From a virus: a stretch of 64,000 bases of DNA. The notes beneath the pieces were generated by a model that made no database searches, had not been told where the DNA came from, and saw only the letters and a program-made list of their open reading frames with translations. Both the position numbers and the translations under genes were made by a program. Below, one piece after another: positions 20,256 to 29,467 of the stretch (the first letter of the stretch is position 1; every line of letters starts with the position of its first letter). The stretch is taken from IMG/VR virus record IMGVR_UViG_3300036781_000806, positions 2,430 through 66,429 of that record; one strand, 5' to 3'.

Positions 20256-20723
20256 TTATTTACCGAGCGGCTTCACTCTGGCCCAGTCAATCGGCTTCTG
20301 CTTCGTGGCTTCGATCCGTTCGCCCTGGTGCTTCTGCTGCTCCTGCTTCAACACATCCAAAGCCTGAGCCATAACCGCCGACACATCTCCCCAGTCCACT
20401 TTGAAACTCTCGGTTGCCCGCTGCAAAATGATTGCGGCCTGTAGCAGCTTGCCCGCGTCGGAGTTCATTAGCTCTTGCGTTCGCTTGACCGGGCAGTCAT
20501 CGCACTGAATGACGGTTGTGTCCGGGGAGCTACAGACCGGGCAGTCCTGATTGCGTGCCTTGGTAGTTGCGCCGCAGTCATCACACATCATCAGCGGATC
20601 CTGGAGGCGGAACGGACACTGGACAGGCCCGCCAGGGCAAAGCTCATCGGTACGCAGAAGCCTGTTGATTAGGAAGCGGAGAGTCGGCGGGTCCGGATAA
20701 TCAGCAGGCTCTAGGCGTTTGGG
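20256..20723 (-). CDS. Tail assembly chaperone T extension (-1 frameshift product), left
   Basis: The -1 frame opens at slippery C_CCA_AAC (20717-20723) and reads DYPDPPTLRFLINR, identical to the right copy. Confidence 0.75.
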   Translation of the reverse strand, partial: PKRLEPADYPDPPTLRFLINRLLRTDELCPGGPVQCPFRLQDPLMMCDDCGATTKARNQDCPVCSSPDTTVIQCDDCPVKRTQELMNSDAGKLLQAAIILQRATESFKVDWGDVSAVMAQALDVLKQEQQKHQGERIEATKQKPIDWARVKPLGK

Positions 20724-21268
20724 TCAACATTGACGTACGGGTCGATGGCGCTATGGACTTCATTAATCGCACCCAGAGCCAGCGACTTGTGCAGGAGTGG
20801 GACGTCACAGCATTCCGCGTATCCTTCCCGACGCAGGAACAGGGCATCGAACAACTGCTGATTGGTCTTGAGGATGCTGGCTTCTTTGAAGGTAGGAAAG
20901 CGAAGAGTGAGGCCGACATTGCAGAGCGGCGTCTTGATCGAGACCACTAGCTCGTCGTTGACCGTCTCGGCTGACGTGACGGCAGCAGAGATGACCCAGC
21001 CAATGATGTGCTCGGCTTCGTATTCGTCGAACTCGTCGCCGTCTGGATCGAGCCGGATCGAGTTGAAGAGATCAAGGTAAGGGATCTTATCTTCGCTGTC
21101 CGGATTCTTCCGCTTGAGCTTTGCAAACTTATCGGTCGTAGCCGCAAGCTCCTTGTCGGTCGGACGCCGGATAACAGCAACCTTAGAAGGGTGCGGTACT
21201 TTGACCTTCAAGCCCTGCACCGTCTCTCCTGAATCGAGCTTGATGGTGTTTAATTCGCCGTAGAGCAT
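20711..21268 (-). CDS. Tail assembly chaperone G, left
   Basis: Between tube and TMP; ends DPNA* at the slippery site. Confidence 0.75.
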   Translation of the reverse strand: MLYGELNTIKLDSGETVQGLKVKVPHPSKVAVIRRPTDKELAATTDKFAKLKRKNPDSEDKIPYLDLFNSIRLDPDGDEFDEYEAEHIIGWVISAAVTSAETVNDELVVSIKTPLCNVGLTLRFPTFKEASILKTNQQLFDALFLRREGYAECCDVPLLHKSLALGAINEVHSAIDPYVNVDPNA

Positions 21269-21567
21269 TTCGTATTCCTTAGCAACCGCAAAGCGCAGTC
21301 ACTTTTATGTAGGGAGGCGGCGGAGAGAAGCGGTGCGTTGAACCAGTTTCAACGTTGTACTTTGCGCTACTACACCCACCCCCATGCCTAAATGGTGGTT
21401 TCAAAGGTATTTGCGTTCGGTCACCGCAATGCACAAGGGGTATACGCGGGGAGCGCGAACGGAAGCAATAAGGAAGCCGATCAGCGCGGCTACTTTGTAA
21501 ACTCCAGGGCCGTCCCCCGCGCACTCAGTCTAACCCAACAAAGTGAAGTCTGCTACCGCTGTATATT

Positions 21568-21771
21568 ATGAACATGGAGGAAGTATTCCCTGAACCATGT
21601 GAGGAGGGAAGCCAGCTCCGGGAACGTTACAGCCACGCTGTTTCCGTGTGGCTTACCGTGGGTGGCGCTGATTCCTGCCGGATGCATTTCCCTATGGCTA
21701 TAGAGGCTAAGGAGCGCCTAGACCACGCAGCAGAAAGGCTGATCCAGCACCGCAAGCAGCACGGTTGTTGA
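21568..21771 (+). CDS. Small CxE...HxxxHGC protein (moron)
   Basis: Same terminal motif as 58046-58255. Confidence 0.55.
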   Translation: MNMEEVFPEPCEEGSQLRERYSHAVSVWLTVGGADSCRMHFPMAIEAKERLDHAAERLIQHRKQHGC

Positions 21772-21773
21772 AG

Positions 21774-22175
21774 TTAGACGTTCAGGATTGAATCGATAAA
21801 GATGTTGGCTGCCGAAACGCCTGCGTTAGTGATGTACAGGCTGGTCACATCGGCGGAGAACGGGCACTTTCCGATTAGATCGGTTGCGAGCGTCCAAACC
21901 ATCACTTGACCCGCCGCGACTGCGATTGTGTCTGTCGGGCTGCTACCTGACGCAGCATTGGTGTAGATCGTGATGGCCTGATCGCTGGTGATGCTCAGGC
22001 TCTGCAAGTCGGCTTGAACCCACCCGATCACAACGTGATGGTTAGTGGTCGAGGCCGCAACCTGTACAGCGAGGTTACGCTCCGTGTTGCCGGTGACGGT
22101 TTCGGTGAGAGACCGCGCGGTCGAGCCTTGGTTCTTGTAAGTGCGGATGACGGTGTGGTTAATCGTGGTTGCCAT
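21774..22175 (-). CDS. Tail-associated structural protein, left copy
   Basis: Very similar paralog at 48456-48857. Confidence 0.7.
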   Translation of the reverse strand: MATTINHTVIRTYKNQGSTARSLTETVTGNTERNLAVQVAASTTNHHVVIGWVQADLQSLSITSDQAITIYTNAASGSSPTDTIAVAAGQVMVWTLATDLIGKCPFSADVTSLYITNAGVSAANIFIDSILNV

Positions 22176-22431
22176 TGCTGTTGCTCCGTTCCAATGCTCT
22201 AACTCGTTCCTTCACGTCTGAGATTTCCTCTCTCATCTCGTACCGGTGTTCCTTGAAGTCCTGCGCCAAGTCGTCAACGGCATTGCGGAGCGTTCTCGTG
22301 TCGCCGTTGGTGGTCTGGGTCTTCATGACCTTCAAGAGCTTCACCAGCAACGCCACGATAAAGCTAGCAACGCCTGTTCCGATAGCGACCGAGACGCCGA
22401 TCAACGACTGAACTTGCGATAGATCGACCAT
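22159..22431 (-). CDS. Holin-like single-TM coiled-coil protein
   Basis: One TM helix followed by a coiled coil ending RVRALE; left module only. Confidence 0.5.
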   Translation of the reverse strand: MVDLSQVQSLIGVSVAIGTGVASFIVALLVKLLKVMKTQTTNGDTRTLRNAVDDLAQDFKEHRYEMREEISDVKERVRALERSNSNGNHD

Positions 22432-22434
22432 GTC

Positions 22435-23442
22435 TTACTGGGCCAAGCCCGTAACTCCGCATTTACTGGTCACGACGAGCGGGTTGCCGGTTCCATCTGA
22501 GTCCTGGACCGCGCACACGACTTTCACAGCGGCGATTCCATCGACCACCGTATTGGTGACAGACTCAAACGTGACCTTTTCAAATGTGAACGTCGTGGTG
22601 TGGGTCGAGTCCTTGGTGACCGTGAGAACAGCGGAACCGCCAGTCAGTCCTACGAGCTTGGTGAACTCAGCGGAGCTTGCTAGCAAGCGCACCGTGAATT
22701 CAAAGGTGTACTGACGGACGCCAATTTCCATGCGGCCCCGAACCGCCGCGCCGTTCTGGGTGCCCGATCCGGGGAAGAAGCCAGCGTTGAGTAACAGATT
22801 GTTCTTGATTCCGACCGTGGCATTCAGGAGCGTCTTAGCGCCCACGTAGTCAACACCGATGATCGTTAACGCAGCGGAAGCACCGGGCATGAAGTGCTGG
22901 GCCGTTAAATCAGGCAGGCTCACGCTAGACGGGCTGGTGTAGTTTCCGGAGCCAACCCAGTTCGCCACGACCTTCGTGGATTGCAGACCAGGGCCGCTAT
23001 TCACCGTGAAGGTCACGTCCTCGACGGCGCAGCCCACATAAAGGTTGTCGATGGCAGAACTGCCGCCCTCGGGGAGCTGTTCGCAGATCGAGAAATAGGG
23101 GAGTTCTAGTGTGGTTCCGTTCTGGATCGGTTTTAGGGTGTACAGGCCGGTCGCTTCCGTTACATGGCCGAGGCCGTACGCAAAGGCCCAGGTCGTCAGT
23201 TCAGCAGAGCCGAACATTTCGACGCGGTTCGAGGGAGTCTGACTGACGGGAAACACGCCAGAGGTTGAAACGAACTCGTTCCCTTTGCCGATCCACGCTG
23301 CGTCGTTCTCGGTCGTGAAATTGACGCTGGTGATGTCTTCGTTGGTCTTTTCGATGTGCATGAACGACGAGCTAGCCGTTGCGATGTCGGCCTGCTTGTC
23401 GATCCCGAGACCCATGTTGAGTGCCTGTACACGTGTGGCGAT
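22435..23442 (-). CDS. Major tail tube protein, left copy (ATC at the paralogous start position; first ATG at 23415)
   Basis: Position after the terminator-like gene; highly similar to 47434-48444. Confidence 0.75.
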   Translation of the reverse strand: MATRVQALNMGLGIDKQADIATASSSFMHIEKTNEDITSVNFTTENDAAWIGKGNEFVSTSGVFPVSQTPSNRVEMFGSAELTTWAFAYGLGHVTEATGLYTLKPIQNGTTLELPYFSICEQLPEGGSSAIDNLYVGCAVEDVTFTVNSGPGLQSTKVVANWVGSGNYTSPSSVSLPDLTAQHFMPGASAALTIIGVDYVGAKTLLNATVGIKNNLLLNAGFFPGSGTQNGAAVRGRMEIGVRQYTFEFTVRLLASSAEFTKLVGLTGGSAVLTVTKDSTHTTTFTFEKVTFESVTNTVVDGIAAVKVVCAVQDSDGTGNPLVVTSKCGVTGLAQ

Positions 23443-23511
23443 AAGGTTACCTCTGAGGGGTGCGCTAAGCTGTGCTTGCGACAGACCCGTCTTCGAGGAA
23501 CTATTTAGCGG

Positions 23512-23982
23512 TCAGTTGTCGCCGATCTCTGGAAATACGAAGTCGATCTTGAAGAAGTCCGTTCGGGTCTCGTCCGTGAGGCGCGTGATGGTGGGCGTGT
23601 CCATGATCTGTAGATCCGGGAGCACGCTGACTTGGCGGATGTTCAAAGCCGTGCCGTTCACTGGGCCATTCACGACGAGCCAGACCAAATCTTCGTAACC
23701 GAGAGGATTCTGGACGGTCGCTTGGTTTGGGGCTTTCAGGTAGACGGTGACATGGTGCTTCCACATCGTCATACCGTCGAAGTTGCCGCCCAGCGTACCT
23801 TCATAGACGACGAGACAGCTTGGGGCTGTCATCTGGTAAATGTCCTCGAAGACGGGCACGACTTGGCCGTTCACGAAGGTGTGGGCGCGGATGTTCTGCG
23901 TGCCATTCATAGCGGTCACGAAATCTTCAATGGTTTGCAGTGTCGAGATGGTGGCGTTGACGATGAGCGAGGGTTTCAACAT
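23512..23982 (-). CDS. Tail terminator-like protein, left copy
   Basis: Position before tube; AP..LV.Y.G pattern; paralog 46385-46858. Confidence 0.65.
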   Translation of the reverse strand: MLKPSLIVNATISTLQTIEDFVTAMNGTQNIRAHTFVNGQVVPVFEDIYQMTAPSCLVVYEGTLGGNFDGMTMWKHHVTVYLKAPNQATVQNPLGYEDLVWLVVNGPVNGTALNIRQVSVLPDLQIMDTPTITRLTDETRTDFFKIDFVFPEIGDN

Positions 23983-24294
23983 TTAGGAAGCCCTCCTGAG
24001 GTGCAGCATGGCCGAACCCATCGAATCGACGTTGACCTTATCAAGGTTGTACAGGATGCCGTCGAGCGTGATAGTGTCGCCGATCATGGGGCTAGGCTGA
24101 ATCTCGACGAACCGAACCCAGAAGTAAACGATGCTGGTTCCGTGAGTGGAGCCGGGGATGACTTGCTCTTCAAGCGGGGGAGGCGAGATGATGCCGGTGA
24201 TGCTTTGCGGACCTGAATAGTCCTGCGGAACCCACAGCGCCGAGACGCCCCAGATGCTTAGACAGGTGTTGTCGAGTGACGTTGTGAATGCCAT
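23983..24294 (-). CDS. Head-tail joining (FII-like) protein, left copy
   Basis: P..GDT.TLDG..Y.L..V..D..G...L.LR motif; start matched to the paralog. Confidence 0.7.
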   Translation of the reverse strand: MAFTTSLDNTCLSIWGVSALWVPQDYSGPQSITGIISPPPLEEQVIPGSTHGTSIVYFWVRFVEIQPSPMIGDTITLDGILYNLDKVNVDSMGSAMLHLRRAS

Positions 24295-24311
24295 GTGGAC
24301 CGCATGGCCGG

Positions 24312-24623
24312 TTATGCAAATGCGATGACGTCGAACTTCTTGGTGCTGGAGACCGTCACGACGACGTTGGTGCCTGTATGGGTGCCATAGCTGACGGTTC
24401 CGCCGTCTGTTGGCACACAAACCACGAACGTCGGAGTCGTGCCGAGGCCGTGTGCAATGTTCTGAGATGAACCGGTCCCGGTCTGAGCGTTCGCGGTGAA
24501 GACCGCCAGCTTTGCTTTGGTGACCTTGCCAGCGCCGATGCTGGTTGTACCCGTGTTGCTGTCCAGGGTCACGTCCCCTGTGTTGGGAATTACGATCGGT
24601 CGGTTGAATTTCTGGATGCCCAT
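24312..24623 (-). CDS. Small head fibre/decoration-like protein, left copy
   Basis: AHGLGTTP motif; paralog 45343-45759. Confidence 0.6.
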   Translation of the reverse strand: MGIQKFNRPIVIPNTGDVTLDSNTGTTSIGAGKVTKAKLAVFTANAQTGTGSSQNIAHGLGTTPTFVVCVPTDGGTVSYGTHTGTNVVVTVSSTKKFDVIAFA

Positions 24624-24856
24624 TACTGTTTCACCCTCTTTGTCTTCTTCTGTTCCGGGACCACGCCGAAGTTCTCAGCGGTGGTGATCTTGTTCAGATC
24701 CCATAGCTGCCTTGCAACGTGCTGGGTGCCCTCGATTGGGAAGCGGTCGCCCGCTTTGAGGACACGTCCGTCGATGGTCAACGGGGAACGCCAGACGACT
24801 AGATCTGGCGTTCCCGTCTTCCGGAGTGCATCCCACGGTTGAGTGTTCAAGAACAT
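24623..24856 (-). CDS. Small post-capsid protein (FI-like position), left copy
   Basis: PL..G..L..G..FP...RQL....KI shared with 45083-45340. Confidence 0.55.
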   Translation of the reverse strand: MFLNTQPWDALRKTGTPDLVVWRSPLTIDGRVLKAGDRFPIEGTQHVARQLWDLNKITTAENFGVVPEQKKTKRVKQ

Positions 24857-24860
24857 CTGG

Positions 24861-25856
24861 TTAAGCAATAGCTGAGATGAAGAACCCACCGAGATCGCCG
24901 GAAACCTTCTGATAGGTGTAGGCAATTTCGATCTCGACTTCGGTGCTGCGAGTCGGCAGCCATTCGTAAGTGACGATGCGGCTGCCCGTAGCATTGGAAC
25001 CTTCCAGGCCGGTCCAGGAGAAATTCAGGCCAGCAGCCGGAGTGTTGAGTCCTACGGTCTTAGGTACGTACGCCAGCATTGCGGTCTTGCCGCCGATGAA
25101 TGCGTTGCTCTCGCTTGCGCCTTCTACTGCGCTGTTCTGAATTGCGGACATCACCAGCACTTCCTCGACTTCGAAGAGAGAGGCCAGAGTCTGCTTGGCC
25201 ACAACAGCGGGGTCGCCGTCGCCAGCCTTTTGGTTGTATAGAACACGAGCCACAATGTCCGGATGCTCCAGCAGCGTGTCATAAACCTGACGGCCCAGTA
25301 CGAGCTTGTTCGGCTCGCCGACGTTGCCCGAGGCCAACACAATGCTGCGCTTCATGCTGCGCACGTCGGTGATCGGCGTGCTGCTTGAGTTGTTCCACTG
25401 GAGGAACTGAGAGCCAGACGGACCTGAAGAGACGCCCGTCGACTGTGAGGTCCAAACGCCGCTTGTGAAGAACGCATTCGACCATGCAACCTCTTTCTGG
25501 AGGAGAACCTGATTGTTCAGCAGGATGGTGGCGTTCATGTCGAGATCGATCATGGCGTCGGCATTCGCCCGCACCTGCTCGTCAATCGAATGGCCGAGCG
25601 CAAACACCTTGGCGTTGTAGGTGGCGGTTGACGTGGTGTAGCCGATGCGCTCAACCCGCGTGCCGGGTGCCCGCTCCTTCATCTGTGGCCGATTGAACGA
25701 ACCACGGTCGTACGTGTAATACACATTGCTCTGGTGCTGGACCGGAACAACCGGAAATACTTTGTCTGCTACGAACCCATCAGCGCTCTGTTGAAACATC
25801 AACGAGAAATCTGTTAGGGGTGCGTTTACGTGAACTGAATTTGCTGTTGGGTTCAT
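24861..25856 (-). CDS. Major capsid protein (lambda gpE-like), left copy
   Basis: 331 aa after the decoration gene; PLT..S, F.A..VFP.VPV, P..D, PN.LV.G..V...L..HP.I motifs. Confidence 0.9.
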   Translation of the reverse strand: MNPTANSVHVNAPLTDFSLMFQQSADGFVADKVFPVVPVQHQSNVYYTYDRGSFNRPQMKERAPGTRVERIGYTTSTATYNAKVFALGHSIDEQVRANADAMIDLDMNATILLNNQVLLQKEVAWSNAFFTSGVWTSQSTGVSSGPSGSQFLQWNNSSSTPITDVRSMKRSIVLASGNVGEPNKLVLGRQVYDTLLEHPDIVARVLYNQKAGDGDPAVVAKQTLASLFEVEEVLVMSAIQNSAVEGASESNAFIGGKTAMLAYVPKTVGLNTPAAGLNFSWTGLEGSNATGSRIVTYEWLPTRSTEVEIEIAYTYQKVSGDLGGFFISAIA

Positions 25857-25874
25857 AGTTCTGTGTCCTCGAAA

Positions 25875-26240
25875 CTAGGCGTAGAGGCCGTTGTTTGGCA
25901 GCATCAAGACGCTGATGATGTTTCCGGTTGCGCCAGCTTCCATCGCCGTCGCCACCGCCACGCCAGACGCAAGATTGACGAGCGTTCCACCGCTTGCGAT
26001 TTCAAGCTGTGCGCCGATAGAAATGGTGTCGGTGATCTTCGCCTTCGTGATGCCCGATACCGCTACCGTCGCGGTCTGACCCGAGGTCGGATCGTTCTGC
26101 AGGAACCCGATGCAGTTCTTGGCGGCGGTCGCGAGCACGGCCTGCTTGGAACTGTTCATCGAAACGGCGTAGTACTGCTTGGTGCTCAGATCGCTGCCGG
26201 TCAAGAGCGAGATGTTTGTTAGATTCTGTTCTGTTGCCAT
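25875..26240 (-). CDS. Head decoration/capsid cement protein, left copy
   Basis: G.LQ..P..G....V...G..K..., A.AM..G..G..ISV pattern. Confidence 0.8.
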   Translation of the reverse strand: MATEQNLTNISLLTGSDLSTKQYYAVSMNSSKQAVLATAAKNCIGFLQNDPTSGQTATVAVSGITKAKITDTISIGAQLEIASGGTLVNLASGVAVATAMEAGATGNIISVLMLPNNGLYA

Positions 26241-26245
26241 GTAAA

Positions 26246-27631
26246 TTAACCCCTGGTGTAACGCTCGGTGAGATAGGCGGCGTACGCTTCCGAATTCGCT
26301 TTTAGAAACCGCTTGTATTCCTCAGCGGTGGTCTTGGGAGTGGCGCCAGCTTTTAGGCGGTCCCGTGCCGACATACCGCCCATGCTGGGCAATGTGGTGC
26401 TGACCTTGGTGCTGCTCGACCTCGCGGCACGCCGTTCCAGCAAGTGCTTCTGAACATCGGCCACGGTGTGACCCTGATTGATGAACTCCGCAGCCGTTTT
26501 CAGATCAACACCGGCCAAAGTGCAGAGGTTCATGATCTGCTTCAAGTCGGTAGCGCTCATGGCCGGATCGCAGGATTCATCCTGGTCGTCTTCCTCGTCG
26601 TCGTCCGGTTCGTCGTCTTTCGGCTTTGCAGCCTGTGCTGCGGCGTCCGGTTCAACGGCGTCCTCTTTCTTCATTTCCTCGTCGGCCTCGGCTTTGATTT
26701 CGGGCTTTGCTGCTTCCGTCTGTGATTTCTTTCGCATTGGTTCGATACCTTGGGTTGCCTGATTATTTAGGAGTGCTGGCTGTGCTGAGGGAGCTACGAG
26801 GGCGGTGATGGCTTGGAGAGCGTCGTCGAAAGTGCCTATCTCGTCGGCCAGAAGCGGAACCGCATTCTCGCCGAAGTAGCAACCGGCTTCTGTGTCGATG
26901 ACTGACTGCACGCTGACGCCGCGATTGCGTGCGACCAGTGAAACAAACATCTGATACTCCCGGTCGACTTCAGCTTGCGAGTCGCTCATCGCCGTATCTG
27001 AGAGCGGCTCGTGCGGGTTGCCTTCGGTCTTCTTGGCACCGGCCTTGATGTACGTGTATTTCATACCGGCCTTGGCATCCGCTGCCGATTGGTCGGCGTG
27101 CAGACAAAAGACTCCAACCGAGCCGACGCCTGCAGTACGAGTCAGAAAGATTTTCTCGGCACACGACGCGATGGCATAGGCCGCGCTAAATGCGGCGTCG
27201 TTCGAGACTGCGAAGATCGGCTTGCCAGTCTCAGCGGCGTTGTAGATCTTGTCGGCAAGATCGAACAGGCCGCTGACTTCTCCGCCAGGGCTGTCGATGT
27301 CGAGCAAGACGCCTTTGATGGCTGGGTTGCTCATGCATTCGTCTAGCTGGTTCGCCAACGCCTCGTATGAGGTGCAGCCACTCATCGCCATCAGACCGGA
27401 GGTCTTCTTCATGATCGTGCCTTGCACGGGAATCACTGCGATACCGTCGCGCGTAACGCTGTAAGCCTTGGGAGCGGCTGATGCCTGGGTTTTCGCGGCC
27501 TCTGTAGGGAACGCTTCCAGCCCAACCAATCCGAGGCGCGGCCCGATGGCCTGTAGAATCACCTCCAACTTGGAGGGCTGGATAGCAAGCGGCGTATCGA
27601 AGATACGGCCATGCAAATGCACGTAATTCAT
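26246..27631 (-). CDS. S49 head maturation protease with C-terminal scaffold, left copy
   Basis: IDSPGGEV, SAAYAIAS, GSVGV motifs; acidic linker; internal ATG at 26737. Confidence 0.92.
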   Translation of the reverse strand: MNYVHLHGRIFDTPLAIQPSKLEVILQAIGPRLGLVGLEAFPTEAAKTQASAAPKAYSVTRDGIAVIPVQGTIMKKTSGLMAMSGCTSYEALANQLDECMSNPAIKGVLLDIDSPGGEVSGLFDLADKIYNAAETGKPIFAVSNDAAFSAAYAIASCAEKIFLTRTAGVGSVGVFCLHADQSAADAKAGMKYTYIKAGAKKTEGNPHEPLSDTAMSDSQAEVDREYQMFVSLVARNRGVSVQSVIDTEAGCYFGENAVPLLADEIGTFDDALQAITALVAPSAQPALLNNQATQGIEPMRKKSQTEAAKPEIKAEADEEMKKEDAVEPDAAAQAAKPKDDEPDDDEEDDQDESCDPAMSATDLKQIMNLCTLAGVDLKTAAEFINQGHTVADVQKHLLERRAARSSSTKVSTTLPSMGGMSARDRLKAGATPKTTAEEYKRFLKANSEAYAAYLTERYTRG

Positions 27632-27640
27632 TGCCGCTAT

Positions 27641-29185
27641 TTATTCGTCGTCGCCTTCGGTGGCGTCTGCGTCCGTGTCGGAATCCGTTTCAACTGGCTC
27701 TTCGGTCAGGGGCTGACTCTCACGGCCAATGAGGACTTTATTCGGGTCGGAATCATAGATGATTCCCAGCGATTCCGCACGCTGTCTCTCTTGTGCCTGC
27801 TGTGCGTCGATGATTTCTGGATCGAAACCCTGTTCACGCACAACCTGCGTGCGTGATGTGAAACCCGAGCGCACCGCCATTTGATAAGCGGCCATTTCTT
27901 TCGCCGGGTCGATCCAGTTCCAGGACGGAGGAACCCATGTGGCCATCTCGTACGGCGTCGGATCGTTGAAGTAGTCGTCTGGTAATTCGAGAGCGCCAGT
28001 CAGCACGGACTCACGGAGCCACCGCTTCATGACCGGCTCGGCCATCTGATGGATGATGACGTTGGCTTGGTACTGCTCACACGCGCGGCGGAACTCCAGA
28101 ACACCCGCGCGGATACTGGAGTAGTTCACACCCCTGAGGTCTCCGGTTAGCTGCTCGTACGTCAGCCCTACACCGGCTGCGAACTTGTGAAGCTCCTGGT
28201 ACATGAACTCCGCATAACCCTTGCTCTCCGGCAACGTAGGGAAGGTGATGTTCTCACCCGGCATCAGGTATTGAAATGAGCCGGGTTCCATCTTGGCGAG
28301 ATCGGTTCCGGGATCGGGGTTAGGATCGGACGGACTGACGGGAGCCATCGGCAGGATCGCGTCGTCCGTGGTCAGCCGGGTGATGAAGCCTGCAAACATG
28401 GACGCAACCTTCTTGCGTTCACGCTCGGAGTCCGAGTAGTCGTCGATCTGCTTGAGTAGCGTGAGAACCGAGACCATATGAGGCTCGCCTCGGAGCTGGC
28501 CCGCCCGCGTCGGTCGCATGACGTGCAACATCTCGTCAGCCGGGACGAACATCAAGGTCGTGGCATCATAGCTTCCGGCTATCGTGTCGAAGGGCTGGCC
28601 TTTGTACATCTCATAGCCGATGCGCCGGTCGTTCTCATCAAAGACGATCCCGAACTTGACGACATTCTTCCGGCCTTCCTGCGTGGCCTGCTGAATCTTG
28701 TAAATGGGCAGTTGTTCGGACTCAATCAACTGGATCGAGAAGGAGCCGTCCCGGTCAACGTGGAATCTGACAAAGCACTCCCCCGCTTCGAAGAGTTCAC
28801 GGGCCAGCAGCGCTTGCAGGCCATAAAAGTTGAGTTGCCCGTTGTAGTCGGCGGTCTTGACCCACCTGTCCCAAGCGGTTTGAATGGCGGTTCTGATCTG
28901 CTCATCCGGATGCAGAAAATGAGGAGCGATACCGGACCCGATAACGTTCGACTCGAATTTGTCGATGGCGCTTCTCGCTATGGCCGAGTTGCGCACGGCG
29001 TCCCTGGAACGCCGCGTGAGCGTTGGCAGGTTGTTGGCGAGAAGTGTGTTCGGGCCGAGTGGTGAAGCATTCCAGCCGAATGCCCGCCTGCCGTGGCCAC
29101 CGGCGTCGTAGCCGGTTGCAGTGGAGGCTTTGGCTTTCGGTGGTTCAACCAGAAACGCCCTGCGAAGGAACGTGAACAGGCCCAT
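27641..29185 (-). CDS. Lambda-family portal protein, left copy
   Basis: RSRD..RN, GQLRG.P, YEQLTGD...VNYSSIRAG, WIDP.KE. Confidence 0.95.
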   Translation of the reverse strand: MGLFTFLRRAFLVEPPKAKASTATGYDAGGHGRRAFGWNASPLGPNTLLANNLPTLTRRSRDAVRNSAIARSAIDKFESNVIGSGIAPHFLHPDEQIRTAIQTAWDRWVKTADYNGQLNFYGLQALLARELFEAGECFVRFHVDRDGSFSIQLIESEQLPIYKIQQATQEGRKNVVKFGIVFDENDRRIGYEMYKGQPFDTIAGSYDATTLMFVPADEMLHVMRPTRAGQLRGEPHMVSVLTLLKQIDDYSDSERERKKVASMFAGFITRLTTDDAILPMAPVSPSDPNPDPGTDLAKMEPGSFQYLMPGENITFPTLPESKGYAEFMYQELHKFAAGVGLTYEQLTGDLRGVNYSSIRAGVLEFRRACEQYQANVIIHQMAEPVMKRWLRESVLTGALELPDDYFNDPTPYEMATWVPPSWNWIDPAKEMAAYQMAVRSGFTSRTQVVREQGFDPEIIDAQQAQERQRAESLGIIYDSDPNKVLIGRESQPLTEEPVETDSDTDADATEGDDE

Positions 29186-29187
29186 CG

Positions 29188-29436
29188 CTACCAACCGCCT
29201 TCTGTGTAGAGCCGCGTCTGGCGAGTGCGGACGGTTGCATTCTGGGCATCCAGATAGGACTTGATGACTTGACGAGCGGTCAACAGGTCCGTGATGGAGG
29301 CGTAGCGGATGGTGCGATCTGCGAAGCGGACTTCGAGAGCGCCTAGCGCAATCGCCTTATTGATGGCCGTTAAATCAGCCGCCGTGAAGTCGGGCGTGTC
29401 GACGACCAAGTCATCTTGAATCCAGTTGTCAGCCAT
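29188..29436 (-). CDS. Head completion protein gpW-like, left copy
   Basis: AIA.G..EV...DRT..Y.S..DL..A. Confidence 0.85.
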   Translation of the reverse strand: MADNWIQDDLVVDTPDFTAADLTAINKAIALGALEVRFADRTIRYASITDLLTARQVIKSYLDAQNATVRTRQTRLYTEGGW

Positions 29437-29467
29437 GTGTGCATGGCTATTTAGGTTGGCCGCGTCT

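Noticed and set aside
22159-22431. Complete lysis cassette
   Set aside because: Only a holin-like ORF is present; no endolysin or spanin was recognised in the window.
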